Positions 27,712 to 40,730 are shown, counted from the stretch's first letter. The stretch is 64,000 bases of DNA from Octopus sinensis (GCF_006345805.1 NC_043004.1:54064001-54128000), one strand, 5' to 3'. The notes: a model not told the origin generated them from the sequence alone. Translations and numbers: made by a program.

Positions 27712-28219
27712 TGTAATTACCTTCGTCATTATCTTGTAACAACAATATTAATACGGGTAATTAGGCACAACTAAACATGAATAGCACATGCGTAAGTTAA
27801 TTTTATTGTTTCCGCACCTCTTTACCACTTACAAACCGAATTCTATATCTATGGCACCAACAGCCAAATTCTTACCAGAATACCAGACACTATTCAGCAC
27901 GAAACAATGAAGATATTTTGGCAGCTCTGAAAGGAAATGAAGAATTTCTGGACTTTATGATATGGTCAAGTGTTCTTCAATATCATTCAATGTTCTTTCT
28001 GGCTTTCGTTCTCTGATTTTGTTTTTTCTTAATTCGAATTTGGTTTATTCTTTTATATCATTTCTTCCTCATTTTCCTGGCAATTCTTTTGTGTTGTCAG
28101 CATAATAAATAATGCTTCAGAAACAATTGCATATCATAAGATACTTTTATTCATTCTTACTACTAATACGTGTGCACACGCACACGTACATGTACACACA
28201 TCACACACATCTATGCACA

Positions 28220-28282
<63 letters not shown>

Positions 28283-28326
28283 ATAAAAATATTTACATAC
28301 ATATATGAAACACACACACACACATA

Positions 28327-29350
28327 TTGAGTTGGCCAAAAAGTCTTGTCGGTTTCTGTCGACACTAAATTCCATGACTGTAATAAGTATCTAACTGCAG
28401 TCTGTTCTTTGTGCATTGGCACTTGTTGGACACATAACACTTGAATGTAGTTAGATGTGAACTTAATTTACCGACGTTGTATATTTGTGGTCACCCGGAA
28501 AGGGAGAACCAGAAACGAACATTATCGTGACCAGATAATTGTTGGGTTTTTTTTGCTGTCTTAAAGGCAAGAATGCGGTTGAAACCTGCAGGAAGATATG
28601 CGCTATGTTCAGAGAGACTGGTGTTACGGAATGCTTGTGCTAGAAGGTGTTCTCAAAATTTCGACTGGGAAATTTTTCGGGTAGTCAAATAAGAATAACA
28701 GTGACATCAACAACCGTTATACGACCAAGAAGAGCCAGATATTTCCCAAATACCCAAATCAAGTTTTGAGGATCATCTGCGTCAACTTGGTTATGTCAGA
28801 ATGCTCGATATTTAGGTCTCACATCATATGAATGACGCAAATCGTGCCTAACAGATTTCCATCTATGATTCGTTGCAGAAACTGAAGAAAGCGATCGTTT
28901 TTTGAAGAGAATGGTCACAGAAGACGAAATAGGATCGTCAATAACAAGCGCAAGTGATAGCGGATAAGCGCGGTAACCATCTACAAACACGTTCTGAAGC
29001 TGGTTACGCTTGCAAAGTCATGGGATTGGGAGGGTGTTATCTCAATTTGTATGTGCAGGACCCTCAATTTGTATATGCATTATGAGCAACTGGGCGAATT
29101 AAACGCAGTGAACCACAAGAAGTGCCGATTTATTGCTTATTGTAAAGGCAATGTCTTTCACGACAAAAGGACAATCGAAGGTCATATACAGGGATCAAAT
29201 GTCTGCAACTTGGTCAAACAATCAAACCCTTTTACAAGGAGGGCAATACAAACGATGACACATTACGTTCACTTCCTACAGGGGCCTAGTGGAAAGGAAG
29301 ACAAGTTTCCGGTGAAATCCTGGGCGATGATTAGAATTAAATAGGTTCTA
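28327..29350 (+). pseudogene. Degenerate mariner transposon
   Basis: TA-TTGAGTTGGCCAAAAAG end; remnants GKNAVETCRKIC, KFRLGNF and FLKRMVTEDE; many frameshifts. Confidence 0.7.
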
Positions 29351-29589
29351 AGTTTGAGAAGATTTAATCTATAACTTTGGAAAACTTCCATATGATCCTG
29401 CCACAGAGTACTGAGCTTTATTACTAGTTCGATTTTAACCTGACATGCGGAGATGTATCGTGTGACTGGTCTGACCTGTCCTATCTTTTCCTGGTGTGGC
29501 TTGGTCTGAATGCGCGCAGAATGAACAAACTCAGCAGCGTTGAATTGTGGAATTCTCTTGAACATGTATCTTTTATCATTTACTATTTA

Positions 29590-29830
29590 CTTATCTCGGT
29601 CATAAGACTGCGGCCATACAGGGACACAATTTCGAAATTTTAGTCGACTGAAATGACCCCCAGTACTTATTTATTTTGAAACCTGGTACATATTCTATCG
29701 GCGTGTTTTTGTCGAACCGCCAAGTCACGGGAATGTAAACAAATCAACACCGGTTCTCCAGCGGTGGTGAGCGACAGAGACACAAAGACACACAGGCACA
29801 CACACACGCACACACATACACACACACACA
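29590..29830 (-). mobile_element. SINE family C tail fragment
   Basis: GACTGCGGCCAT...GAACCGCCAAG...AACACCGGTT, homologous to 24660-24860. Confidence 0.65.
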
Positions 29831-30040
29831 TTGTAACGTTAAATGTCACTATAATATAGATGTTCTATAAAAAAAAATACTGTGTTACGACATTTTAACC
29901 CCAGAAAGATGTCTTCTCCAGTTGGTTAACGACTCACAACATGTGCCGGCATATTGTGAGCAAGGGAACGAATCACTCCCCACTCCCCAGCTTGGCAAGA
30001 CCATGGTTAATGGGTCTCTACCGTTTATTGGTACTGAACA

Positions 30041-30267
30041 GCGAGCTGGCAGTAACGTTAGCATGCCGGGCGAAATGCTTAGCAGTATTTCGTCTGCCGC
30101 TACGTTCTGAGTTCAAATTCCGCCGAGGTCGACTTTGCCTTTCATCCTTTCGGGGTCGATTAAATAAGTACCAGTTACGCACTGAGGTCGATATAATCGA
30201 CTTAATCCGTTTGTCTGTCCTTGTTTGTCCTCTCTGTGTTTAGCCTCTTGTAGGTAGTAAAGAAACA
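30041..30267 (+). mobile_element. tRNA-headed SINE family A, with an 11-bp TSD GGTACTGAACA
   Basis: Head GCGAGCTGGCAG...GAGTTCAAATTCC and a tail ending AAAGAAACA. Direct repeat at 30030-30040 and 30268-30278. Confidence 0.85.
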
Positions 30268-30430
30268 GGTACTGAACACCTGCTTGCTAGAGATGGCAGT
30301 ATATCGTCCCCTACTCATCTATATAGTCCCTACCGCCGCCTCCGCCACCGTCAGTTAGCCCTATAAAGATTTTAGCGTTCCAATAAATAATAAATAAATA
30401 AAAAATATGACGCTGATTGACTGCTGGTGC

Positions 30431-30468
<38 letters not shown>

Positions 30469-30732
30469 ATAACTGTATGACATTGTGTGTTTGACTGCTT
30501 TTATGTGTGTACGCATAACTGTATGAGGCTGTGTGTGGGGGTGCGCACCTAACACTATAAGCCCGTGTGTTTGTGTGCGCGCACGACTCTTTGACATTGT
30601 GTGTGTGCGTGTGCTTGTGTATGCGTGTGTAACTGTATGAGACTATGTGTATTTGTGTGTGTGTGAGACCGTGTATGTGCGCGTGTCTGTATGTTTGTGT
30701 GTGCACGTATGTTTGTGTGTGCACGTATGACT

Positions 30733-30880
30733 GTATGAGACTGTGTGTATGCTCGAGTACCTACCCGTATGAGACTGTGTGTATGCTCGAGTACCTACCC
30801 GTATGAGACTGTGTGTATGCTCGAGTACCTACCCGTATGAGACTGTGTGTATGCTCGAGTACCTACCCGTATGAGACTGT
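30733..30880. repeat. 34-bp minisatellite (4 perfect copies plus a partial copy), inside a larger compound TG-rich array that runs to about 31370
   Basis: GTATGAGACTGTGTGTATGCTCGAGTACCTACCC at 30733, 30767, 30801 and 30835. Confidence 0.95.
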
Positions 30881-31758
30881 ATGTCTCTGTACGCATAACT
30901 GTATTAGACTGTATGTGTGTATGTGCGTGCGCGCGTTTAACTGTATGAGACTGTGCATGTGCGTGTGTGTGTGTGTATGCGTGCACGTGAGTGTATACGT
31001 CGCTGAATGTGTGTGTGTTTGTGCGTGTGCGCATAACTGAATAAGACGTTGTGTGTGTATGTGTGTGTGTGCACGTGTGTGCGTGTATATATGTGTGTGT
31101 GTGTGTATGCGTACACGTGAGTGTATGAGACGCTGAATGTGTGTGTGTTTGTGTGTGTGCGCATAACTGAATAAGACTTTGTGTGTATGTGTGTGTGTAT
31201 GTGTGTGTGTGCGTGTGTGCGTGTGTGTATGTGTGTGTGTGTGTATGCGTGCACGTGAGTGTATGAGTCGCTGAATGTGTGTGTTGTTGTGCGTGTGCGC
31301 ATAACTGAATAAGACTTTGTGTGTATGTGTGTGTGTGTGAAACAATGACTGAATGTGTATGTTTGTATCTGTATAGTTAACATACAGACTGCGTGTGGAA
31401 TGTCTGCTGATATCTGCGCATATGGATGTGTGTTTATATATGTGTGTGCATGCCTGAATGTATAAAACGAATAGACTGTATGTATGTATATGTACGTAGC
31501 AATATGTGACTGTGTTTCAGTGTGTATGTCGTCATCTGTGTATGTTGGTATAACAATAAGAGATTATGCAATTGCCAGCTGCTTATGCTGGCGCGTAGCT
31601 GAGAGGTTACGGCATTCGGCTCACGATCATCCGTTCGAAAACCTGCGGCGCGTTGTATCACGGTACACTTCCAGTCCACTCAGCTGGCAAAAGTGTAATA
31701 CCTGTAATACACAAGTGCCAGCCGTGTTATTTCTAAACAGAGGACCGCCGCTGATCTC

Positions 31759-32526
31759 ATAACGAGCAAAGTAGTGAGTTCTGAAATCTCTAAACGGGAT
31801 ATAAGTAGTAGCAATCTAGACAGTAGCGTTTTTTGGGGGGTTTTATTTTGCTATTATAACATGGCTGTTCTTTAAAGAACTATGTTACTACATTTTTATC
31901 CAAGGAAAACGTATTTTCCAACTGGTTAACGACACGGAACATGTGGGAAATATATTGTGAGTAAGGGAGCGAATCACTCCTCCCAGTTTGGCAATACCAG
32001 TAGCCCATGGTTTCTGAGTCTTTACTCTGCATCGGTAGTGGCTACCTGCCAGGTAGAGATGGCAGTCAATCATCCCTACTCACACATATAGTAGCAAATA
32101 AATCATTACCGTCTAATATTGTTACTAATTATATCTCGTTTAGATATTTTGGAACTAATTACTTTCGTCGTTACGAGATCAGAGGCTGTCTGCCGCTTCT
32201 CTGTGTATATATATTGTGAGTACGGACGATTGAGTGCTATCTGTACCAGGCACGTATCCAATATCGCTGAAAGGTAAAATCACAGAAGCTATGGTCTACT
32301 GGCCTTGTCAAGCTGGGGGATAGTGATTCACTCCCTTTCTCATAATCTATCGGACACAGTTTGTGCGTCATTACCCAGTTGGAAAGGACGTTTTCCTGGA
32401 ATTAAAATGTAGTAACATTTTTTTATTGGACAGCCTTGTTATAGTGGCAGAAAAACGTTACCAAGTAGTATTGTTACTACTTATATCTCGTTTAGATATT
32501 TTAGATGTAGCTACTTTGGTCGTTAC
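31759..32526. mobile_element. Diverged fold-back/MITE with ~220-bp inverted arms
   Basis: 31759-31990 mirrors 32312-32526 (TAACGA..AAAGTAG..CTAAACG.GATATAAGTAGTA; CCAACTGG). A paralogous fragment lies at about 29850-30320. Confidence 0.65.
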
Positions 32527-32626
32527 ATATATATATATATATATATAAATATATGAATATGAGTCACCATGATAGACCGTTAGCCACTACACACATCTTT
32601 TTTCTCTCCTTGTTTTTTCTGTGTCC

Positions 32627-32662
32627 CTTTCTGTAGAAGAGTGTTGGCTCGAAACGTAAAAG
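32627..32662 (+). ncRNA. Hammerhead-like motif (CUGUAGA variant core) in a Penelope-like repeat at about 32568-32757
   Basis: CUUU-CUGUAGA-A-GAGU(GUUG)GCUC-GAA-ACGU-A-AAAG. Confidence 0.45.
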
Positions 32663-32760
32663 ACTTTTTCTATTCCTGAGCGTTATACTAATACATCTGT
32701 TTGTTTTGTACACCACCTGTCTTCGTCTTTTGTTTTTTTCGTAAACTCTCCCTATATATA

Positions 32761-32908
32761 CGACCGGCTTCTTTCAGTTTCCATATACCAAATCCACTCA
32801 CAAGTCTTTAGTCATTCCGAGACTATAATAGAAGACACGTTTCCGGCTGAACCCTGAATCATATGGTTGGTAAGCAAGCTCCTTACGACACAGCCACACC
32901 TGCGCCTA
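32761..32908 (-). mobile_element. SINE family C head (empty target site)
   Basis: The reverse complement reads AAGGAGCTTGCTTACCAACC continuously across the site that is interrupted at 38.9 kb. Confidence 0.75.
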
Positions 32909-33389
32909 TTCAAAACACATATACGCATATATACATATATACACTATATACACACACGTACATAAATATATACATATATACATAAGTGCGTATGTCTGTG
33001 TGTGCATAAGCCGAAAGTTTGTAGTTATGATGGATGATGTTCAACGGAATTTGACCTAATCAATTTGGAAATTCAATTAAAATTTACAATTCCATTCCCA
33101 ATTTCTGAAATTCGTTTATAAAAGTGTAATTAGTTCAAAGGAAATTGCTTAAACTTGAAAGTACAGAAGATTCCATAAGTATTTAATGAATCCAGATAGA
33201 TGTTTACTTGCTAATTATATTAGCTAGAAGGTAGAAAAAGCAGTTATCATGCAGCTTTGTTGGTTTAACATTAGAAAACGTTTGCAACTGCCAACAGATA
33301 ATTACAAATATATATCTATGCATCTAATACATGTGTGTGTGTGTGATATGTTTATACTATTCCCATTTTATAAACATGCATGCATCATA

Positions 33390-33830
33390 TTGACCACGAC
33401 GCCGTGAAGTTTGTCAGCTCCTTCATCTACCTGGGGTCTACAGTCACCAAAAATGACAACGTGACGCAGGAGATCCACCGCAGATGTGGTCTGGCCGCCG
33501 GGGGTCATCTACACCCTATGGCATCTCTTTTGGCGATACTGCTCCCGAAAGACGAATATCCGCATCTACAACGCATCAGGGCTCTACCTTCTCCTCTATG
33601 AAACAGAAACGTGGCCTCTCTCGAAGAACCTGGCAGAGAGGATCGACCGCTTGAATAGTCGAGCCTTGAAAACCATCGAGAAAATCAGATGGTACCATCA
33701 CGTTTCCAACAACTAACTGCATGCGTGCACACATCAGCCAGCGGTCTGCCACCGCATAGCTGTCCGTTACATGCTCTGGTACGGACATGTACTCCATCTC
33801 CCTGCTCGGTCATTCTACCATGGCCTTACT
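33390..33830 (+). pseudogene. RTE-like RT C-terminal (thumb) fragment
   Basis: FIYLGSTVT...EIHRRCGLA; KTNIRIYNA..LLYETETWPL. Confidence 0.7.
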
Positions 33831-34516
33831 CTCATTCGACGCAGCAGCTGCGGGCTGTGAGTTCGTGTGTTGAAGCATATTCTGTTGTGTCTGGGAGAGT
33901 CATTTCTTCTTCTGCTTTATAATTTAACACAGTCACCAGTAAAATTTCCACGTTTTTTCTTATTTTTATTGCCTAAAATTTTCGTTGCGTCCTGCAACCT
34001 TTTCAATAGTCTTGAAAAGGTTGCAAGACGCAACGAAAGTTTTAGGAAAATAAAAATATGGAATAAGTGGAAATTTTAATGTTGACTGTGTTAAATTATA
34101 AAGCACAAAAAGAAATTGACTCTCCACAGACACAACAGGTTGTTGTTTTTGTTGTTATTATTATTATTATAAATACCTACATTTATATATTTAAAATACA
34201 TATATATATACATGTATACAATTGACTTACATATGTGTGAGTGTGTTTGTGTGGGTGTCAATGAATATATATGCATGCATATCAATGTATATGTGTGTGT
34301 ATGTATGTATGTATTTACATAGGTACGTGTATATGTATATATATATATGTATATATATATAAATATTAACATATATATGTGTGTGTATGTGTGTGTGTGT
34401 GTATATATTGATAATAATGGTAAGACAACAAAAGATTGAAAGGGACATCGATATTATGTAAATAGAGGAATATATATGTAAATATGTAAGTATATCTGTA
34501 AATGTGACAATTTTTA

Positions 34517-34713
34517 GGTAGTCATGATAAAACTCCGAGTTTCGGACGTCGGGGCGGAAACCCGCACCGGCATCTCTTCAGTTATCGGGTCAACAAAAAA
34601 TTCTATGAAAAAATCGCATTTTCATTGCATTTTTTGATGGCCCGATAATTGAAGAGATGCCGTTGCGAGTTTCCGCCCCAACATCCCAAACTCAGAGTTT
34701 TATCATGTGTACC
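34517..34713. repeat. Imperfect palindrome with ~85-bp arms (inverted Penelope-like termini)
   Basis: CATGATAAAACTC...ATCGGG is mirrored as CCCGATAA...GAGTTTTATCATG. Confidence 0.85.
34526..34586 (-). ncRNA. Type I hammerhead ribozyme candidate with a canonical core
   Basis: GAUAA-CUGAAGA-GAUG..CGUC-C-GAA-ACUC(G)GAGU-U-UUAUC: intact CUGANGA/GAAA/UH and a 5-bp stem I. Confidence 0.6.
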
Positions 34714-34743
34714 GAATAATTGTTACATATTATATTTACATAA

Positions 34744-34788
<45 letters not shown>

Positions 34789-35943
34789 CATTTTCCTGCT
34801 GTTCACAATCTACAATGTATTAACTAACAATTAGTTTCTTAATTAATAACTGTAGTGCTATGCTGGAATTAGTTCTCTAGAGAGTTCTCAGTAGGCTCCA
34901 GTAGGCTGTATCTTACAATTTCACCATTCTAGATAACCTTTTGAAAAATAAACGCACTGCGTACAACTGACCAGACCATAATGGTAACAAACAAACATGG
35001 AAAGAAGGACCGGAACATTAGGTACGTCGTTGCTATCTGCTGAACTTCTCTTGCAGCAGGATGCCAAGGGATATTTTTCTCTCACACTCTGTACCTATCT
35101 GCATACCAACTTATGTAGATAGGTACCATCTATCTTATCTACCCGCTTACCTTTTTGCATGCACACATATATACATGTACACATACATATGTACATACGT
35201 GCATACAGACAGCCAGTGAGACAGATAGGAATTTGATGATCAGAACGAGATTGTGATTAAAGACTCTTTGTTATTGGGATAATTGTCTCGAATACAAATT
35301 TTCGCGGTTATGTCACTCTGCGTATATAGACCGGCATGATAGCTACTTTAAATTTCTGATATATAGTTCATGGAAGAAATTATTCTTAATATTTTTAAAC
35401 CTCTTCTTCAGAGTAAGATGCATCTTTTCCAAATCGTGTCAGTGACAACGACAGTTTTCTCACATTACAAGATATTGTCCAAAGCAATCCGTTGACACGC
35501 ACCATGCAAAAAAGTTCTCGACATCTAATACGCTTGATTTTTCACAAATGTAAGCGAAATTCGATTTAAAAACGATCGTTAATGCATACTAATCAGGTTG
35601 ATTTTCAAGCAGAGACTGGTATAAAATTGAGCAATTTATATCAGCAATATAAAGCAAATTCATGAGATGTGCTTCAGCAAAACAGATCAATATAAGTAAG
35701 ATAAAAAAAAACGCAGAAAAATTGAAAGTTCTTGTTAATCGCATAATAAATGTCTCAAATCGCTCAAACAGTTACGTGATAATGGAAAATCCCGCCTTAA
35801 AAGGACTCCAAAACATTGATAACAAAATCAAAAACTTTCATGGAAGAGACAGAGATAACAACTGAGGAGAATTTATGAAAGCGAACTCTAGTTTATTTTA
35901 CATAATTCTATATTTAAGAGATGAGGAAGTATGTACATTATTT

Positions 35944-36301
<358 letters not shown>

Positions 36302-36749
36302 TATTAATATATATTTTACTCAAATTCACTAGAAAGTCAACAACGGTGCATTACAAACTAGACCATTGTTACAAGGAAATAGTTCAGTAATGGCAGATGC
36401 TTTCAGAATAAGGAGGTGTTATGTAAGGAATTCAAAACTGTGTCCTGCATGAAGCTGGCACACGTTCGCATAAACAAACCAAATGATTTCTTTAACACTA
36501 TACCTCTGCTCAGGGAAGCAACGGTCATCGACTATATAGTCAGAAATAATGAACTTCTAAATATTGACCATAGATCAAATAAGCTTAATCTCATTAATAG
36601 TGTCCCATGGATTTCCAGCAATCGTCTTAAAAACATGGAAAGAGGCTTTAGCAAATCTTTCGAAACAAATCTCCAATGTCTTGTAGTAGGAAATTCCCAA
36701 TAATGTTATAGGGAGTAAGAAATATTCTACGTGCTATAGTCATTTAGGG

Positions 36750-37700
36750 AGATGCACAGCAGGTGCTGAAAACCACAGCATTATCTCCTTACTGACTTCA
36801 ACTTTTAGAAACATGGAGTAATGAATTATCAAAGAGGAAAACTAACACTAAACTACTCAGTTGCGAGAGTGGGCTCCAAAATTACGCAATCATTCCAAGG
36901 TGGATGTGATGTTCCTCGACTTTGCAAAAGCTTTTCATAAATGTTTGTGGAATGGTGGTGCCACAGGGTGTGTAATCTTGAAATTGCTGAGAAATTAGAA
37001 TGGTGATTGTACAACTTTTTAAGAGGTTGGAGCCAACGGTGCTCTCAAATCTTTCTCCCTCCCCTTCTCGATCTTACTCTCTCCTCCTTTCTCTATCAAA
37101 TGAATCAATGATTTTGAGTGGATTCCAACCGGGAACTTTCTTGAGGCCATTACTCTCCGTGAGGGCCCTATCAGACATTCCCTTGTTATGCCTACAACCA
37201 TTTCCCCATGATACATTTAAGGTAGGAAATCATTTCACGGACAATTTAAAACCAAATTATGCCGCAAACCTACAGCCAAATCTCAATTCAATATCCAAGT
37301 GTGCTGAAGAAAATAACATGCAATATGAAGCTGGAAATTTTCAAGTCCTTCGCTTACAGCCAAAAGCACTCGGCAATCTCGAAAATCAAGACCTCTGGGA
37401 GTTGTAGTTACAGAGTAATATTCAGTGAGACTTGTAGATACATATGAGTAATACGACATCTTTTCACAAATTACTAAGATATCAACTCCATGCAAAATGA
37501 TGCTGCGATGTCTCCTTGAATAATTGAGTATTAGAGATCAGGTACCATGCTGTGTCTGTTGAGAATATTTGCCCTAAGATGCCTGGGCAACATTTCACCT
37601 CATATTTGATGCAGATGCAATGCAAACTTGCCTCAGTGTAACAACAGAGAAACTGGAGAGGCTGGAAGCGTGAAAAACTTCCTTACATGGGAAAGCTATG
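36750..37700 (+). pseudogene. Highly degenerate CR1-like RT fragment
   Basis: DVMFLDFAKAF, SGFQPGTFLRPLL and EENNMQYEAGNFQVL remnants. Confidence 0.6.
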
Positions 37701-37919
37701 TTACAATTTTCATATAGAATTTTGAAAAGATAGGAACGTTACTGCCTCAACCATCCGCTTCCTCATCTTCCTCTTTGTCATCATCACCATCGTCGTCATC
37801 ATCATCAATATCATCATGTCCAACACTTTAATTTCAATTGTAATTCTAAATTCGCCGTTGTCTCTATAAGGCAAATATATATTTCATATATCTATCTATG
37901 TATTTATCTCTCTACCTTC

Positions 37920-38011
<92 letters not shown>

Positions 38012-38833
38012 ATGCAATTTTTTAGTACACTTATATGTATGTTATAAAGCTAGCCAGATAAATAGGTAGATATATACATATATATATTATATATATTAAT
38101 ATATATATATTAATGGACATTAAATACAGGACATCACCAACAAGTGCAAAATACGTAAACACACGAGAGAAAAGTTCTGGACAAAATACCAAAAGAAGAT
38201 AACTCGCTCATCAGTTGTTGACTGTTTATTACCTATTTCGCGCTTATAACGACAAGATAGGAATACTTCATAAGGCAGCAGCATCCAGCAATTTTTTAAA
38301 TATAAAATTCCCGCGGAGTTGGGGCTTCGAACGAACAAACAACAGCAGAGTGGACATAGAGATCAAACAATCGACACTAAGGTCCGTTAGGCCATGACGA
38401 ATTGTAATGAGTAACGTCTGGGATAAATTCTGAAAGGATATAGAATAAATTAAAGAGAAAAAAATAGTAAAGGTGAAGAAAAAAATTGTTGAGAGACCAG
38501 AGAAGATAGGAAATGATATCCAGGTATTTGGATGTTGCATCCAAAGAAGAAAGACACAGGCGAGAAAAAAGGCCTATAGCCACGTGCGATTTACAGGCAG
38601 CGTGCATGGGGGACAAGAGAGAGGATGCAAGAAAGAAAGGGGCCGAGAGAAGATGTGGGAAAGAAACAAAGGGACTGAGGAGAAGGGAGAAAAACGATAG
38701 ATAGTAGGGAGTGAAAGAACGACAAAGAGAGATAGGTTCATTGTATATCCTTTCAAAATTTCTCCCAGGCGTTATCCATTACAATTCATCTTGACCTAAC
38801 GGCCCTTAATGTTTGTCTTGTATATACATACAA

Positions 38834-38880
<47 letters not shown>

Positions 38881-39309
38881 TAGGTGCAGGAGTAGCTGTG
38901 TGGTAAGTAGCTTGCTAACCTCACTGACTGAAGAGTGACTTTGCTTACCGTACTACGGTTTGGACGCGTTTTCTTCCCGGTAAGAATTTTGCTGTGTTGT
39001 TAATTGTTGAATTTCTACTACTGAAAATTTGTCTTCAAACGTTGCTGAACTGTCTTGTTCTCCGGTTTTACCGGGGAATAATTGGATAATTTCTTACCGT
39101 TGAACTGTTAGCCATTGTGGCTTTTTATTTACGTGACTATATATAGTCCTGCCAGACTATTTTCGTGCCCCTCCCCCGAATGGGGGTGGGAATTGGAATT
39201 TTTGAACTGCTTTTTTGAACTACTTTGGAAGAAAAACTTTCTATAGGTTTCCCAGTTTTGTGGGAAACCAATATTCGTAATTTTTGTGTTGTCTAATTTC
39301 AACAGAATA

Positions 39310-40713
39310 ATGTCTGTTGAAATTATTCACGAAAGTAGTGCTCTTGAGGAGAGCAATGTTAAAAAATTTTCTGCGGTAGCCGCAGTGGCTACCGAGAACA
39401 TTGACATCGATGTCAATCAGCTCGTCGAGCTATTTAAAAGAATGCAAGAGGAGGGTGGTGATGTTAAAATATCACCCTCCGCCAGTACCGTGGAGACCGA
39501 GAAGCGGACCGTAGTGTTTAAAACTTTCTGTCCACAAAGCAGAAGGTTCAAACACTTTGAAAAAAGCACCATCGAGAAATGCCTGTCCCCGATTTGGAAG
39601 GACATCGTGTACGTCGCCAGGGGACGGGCATATGGCACTGTAGATGTCCGCTTCTCGGGGGAAGAAATGGCCCGCGGGCATTCTGTGAACCCCCTAAAAA
39701 CCAAGGAGGTGGTACTTTTCCCAAGCTATAGGGGACGCAGGACGTCCCGGGTCAGGATTGTAGAAGCCTCGCCGGACGTAGATCCGGTAGAGGTAGTGGC
39801 CGCCCTGTTATATAAAAGGGCGGACAAAATAAAAATACTACAAGTAACATGCTCTGCCCCTCTATTTTGGCTCGAGCGTAACATTAATATATTAATTCAA
39901 GGAACAGCGGAGGACCTGCAGCTCCTTCCTGAGATGGTGCTCGTGGGCGAGAACGTAGCCCTCAGGGTACAGGTCGAAGGCCGAAAACCCACCTGTTACG
40001 CCTGCGGCAAAAAGGGCCACATTCGTGTAGACTGTCCAGACAAGCAAACGAAACCGCAGACACCAGGCCCCTCAGATAATAAAAAAGTCCCTACCCTTGC
40101 AAACACACCTACCCCTACAAAAACAAAAAATCCCACTCCTGCTGTTACGGTGCCAACCCCAAAACAGACTGAAGAAAAAACCCATCCCTCGCACTCACAA
40201 ACCCCTACACTATTAAAACCTCCCACCCCCCTAAAAACTGCGGCGCCTACCGAACAAACTATTGCTACCCCAGACGATACCATGGAGGCATCAGAGGGGG
40301 GATTTACACCAGTTCGTAAAAGAATTCGTGCAGCATCCCCGTCCACATCCCCTACAAAAAATAATAAAAACAAAGACACACCACAGACACGGAAAAAAAA
40401 ATCCCGCTCAACTGGCCCAGAAAAAGAAGACAAAAAAGAAAATGAACTCATATTAATTGAATTCGACACACAAGACAAATACATAAACGATATTGTGGTT
40501 CAGCATCAGTCAGCAAGACTGTACAACAAATATAAAGATCGAAATAGACACGCGTGGATTGCGGAAACAACGTTCAAACAATTAAAAGACAGACACCCAA
40601 ACGCCATCCGGCATATCGCGAACTTGCCGGACTATCTGAAGAAAGAGGAGAAAGAAGGGGCCCACAAACGTGTGGTGAGGTCGGCCCCCACCTCTCCAAC
40701 GAAATGTAAGTAG
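39310..40713 (+). CDS. ORF1p of element A: gag-like nucleic-acid-binding protein with a CCHC zinc knuckle (467 aa from the first ATG; frame open from the GTG at 39286)
   Basis: Uninterrupted ORF with CYACGKKGHIRVDC (CX2CX4HX4C), followed by a Pro/Thr-rich and basic region. Lies directly upstream of an RT ORF. Confidence 0.9.
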   Translation: MSVEIIHESSALEESNVKKFSAVAAVATENIDIDVNQLVELFKRMQEEGGDVKISPSASTVETEKRTVVFKTFCPQSRRFKHFEKSTIEKCLSPIWKDIVYVARGRAYGTVDVRFSGEEMARGHSVNPLKTKEVVLFPSYRGRRTSRVRIVEASPDVDPVEVVAALLYKRADKIKILQVTCSAPLFWLERNINILIQGTAEDLQLLPEMVLVGENVALRVQVEGRKPTCYACGKKGHIRVDCPDKQTKPQTPGPSDNKKVPTLANTPTPTKTKNPTPAVTVPTPKQTEEKTHPSHSQTPTLLKPPTPLKTAAPTEQTIATPDDTMEASEGGFTPVRKRIRAASPSTSPTKNNKNKDTPQTRKKKSRSTGPEKEDKKENELILIEFDTQDKYINDIVVQHQSARLYNKYKDRNRHAWIAETTFKQLKDRHPNAIRHIANLPDYLKKEEKEGAHKRVVRSAPTSPTKCK

Positions 40714-40730
40714 AACTTTTACTTTTTGTA

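Noticed and set aside
27840-28020. Possible exon (NNEDILAALKGNEEFLDFM)
   Set aside because: Weak splice signals and no recognisable domain; insufficient support.
30733-30880. CRISPR-like 34-bp repeats
   Set aside because: The units are contiguous with no spacers, the context is eukaryotic and there are no cas genes; it is a minisatellite.
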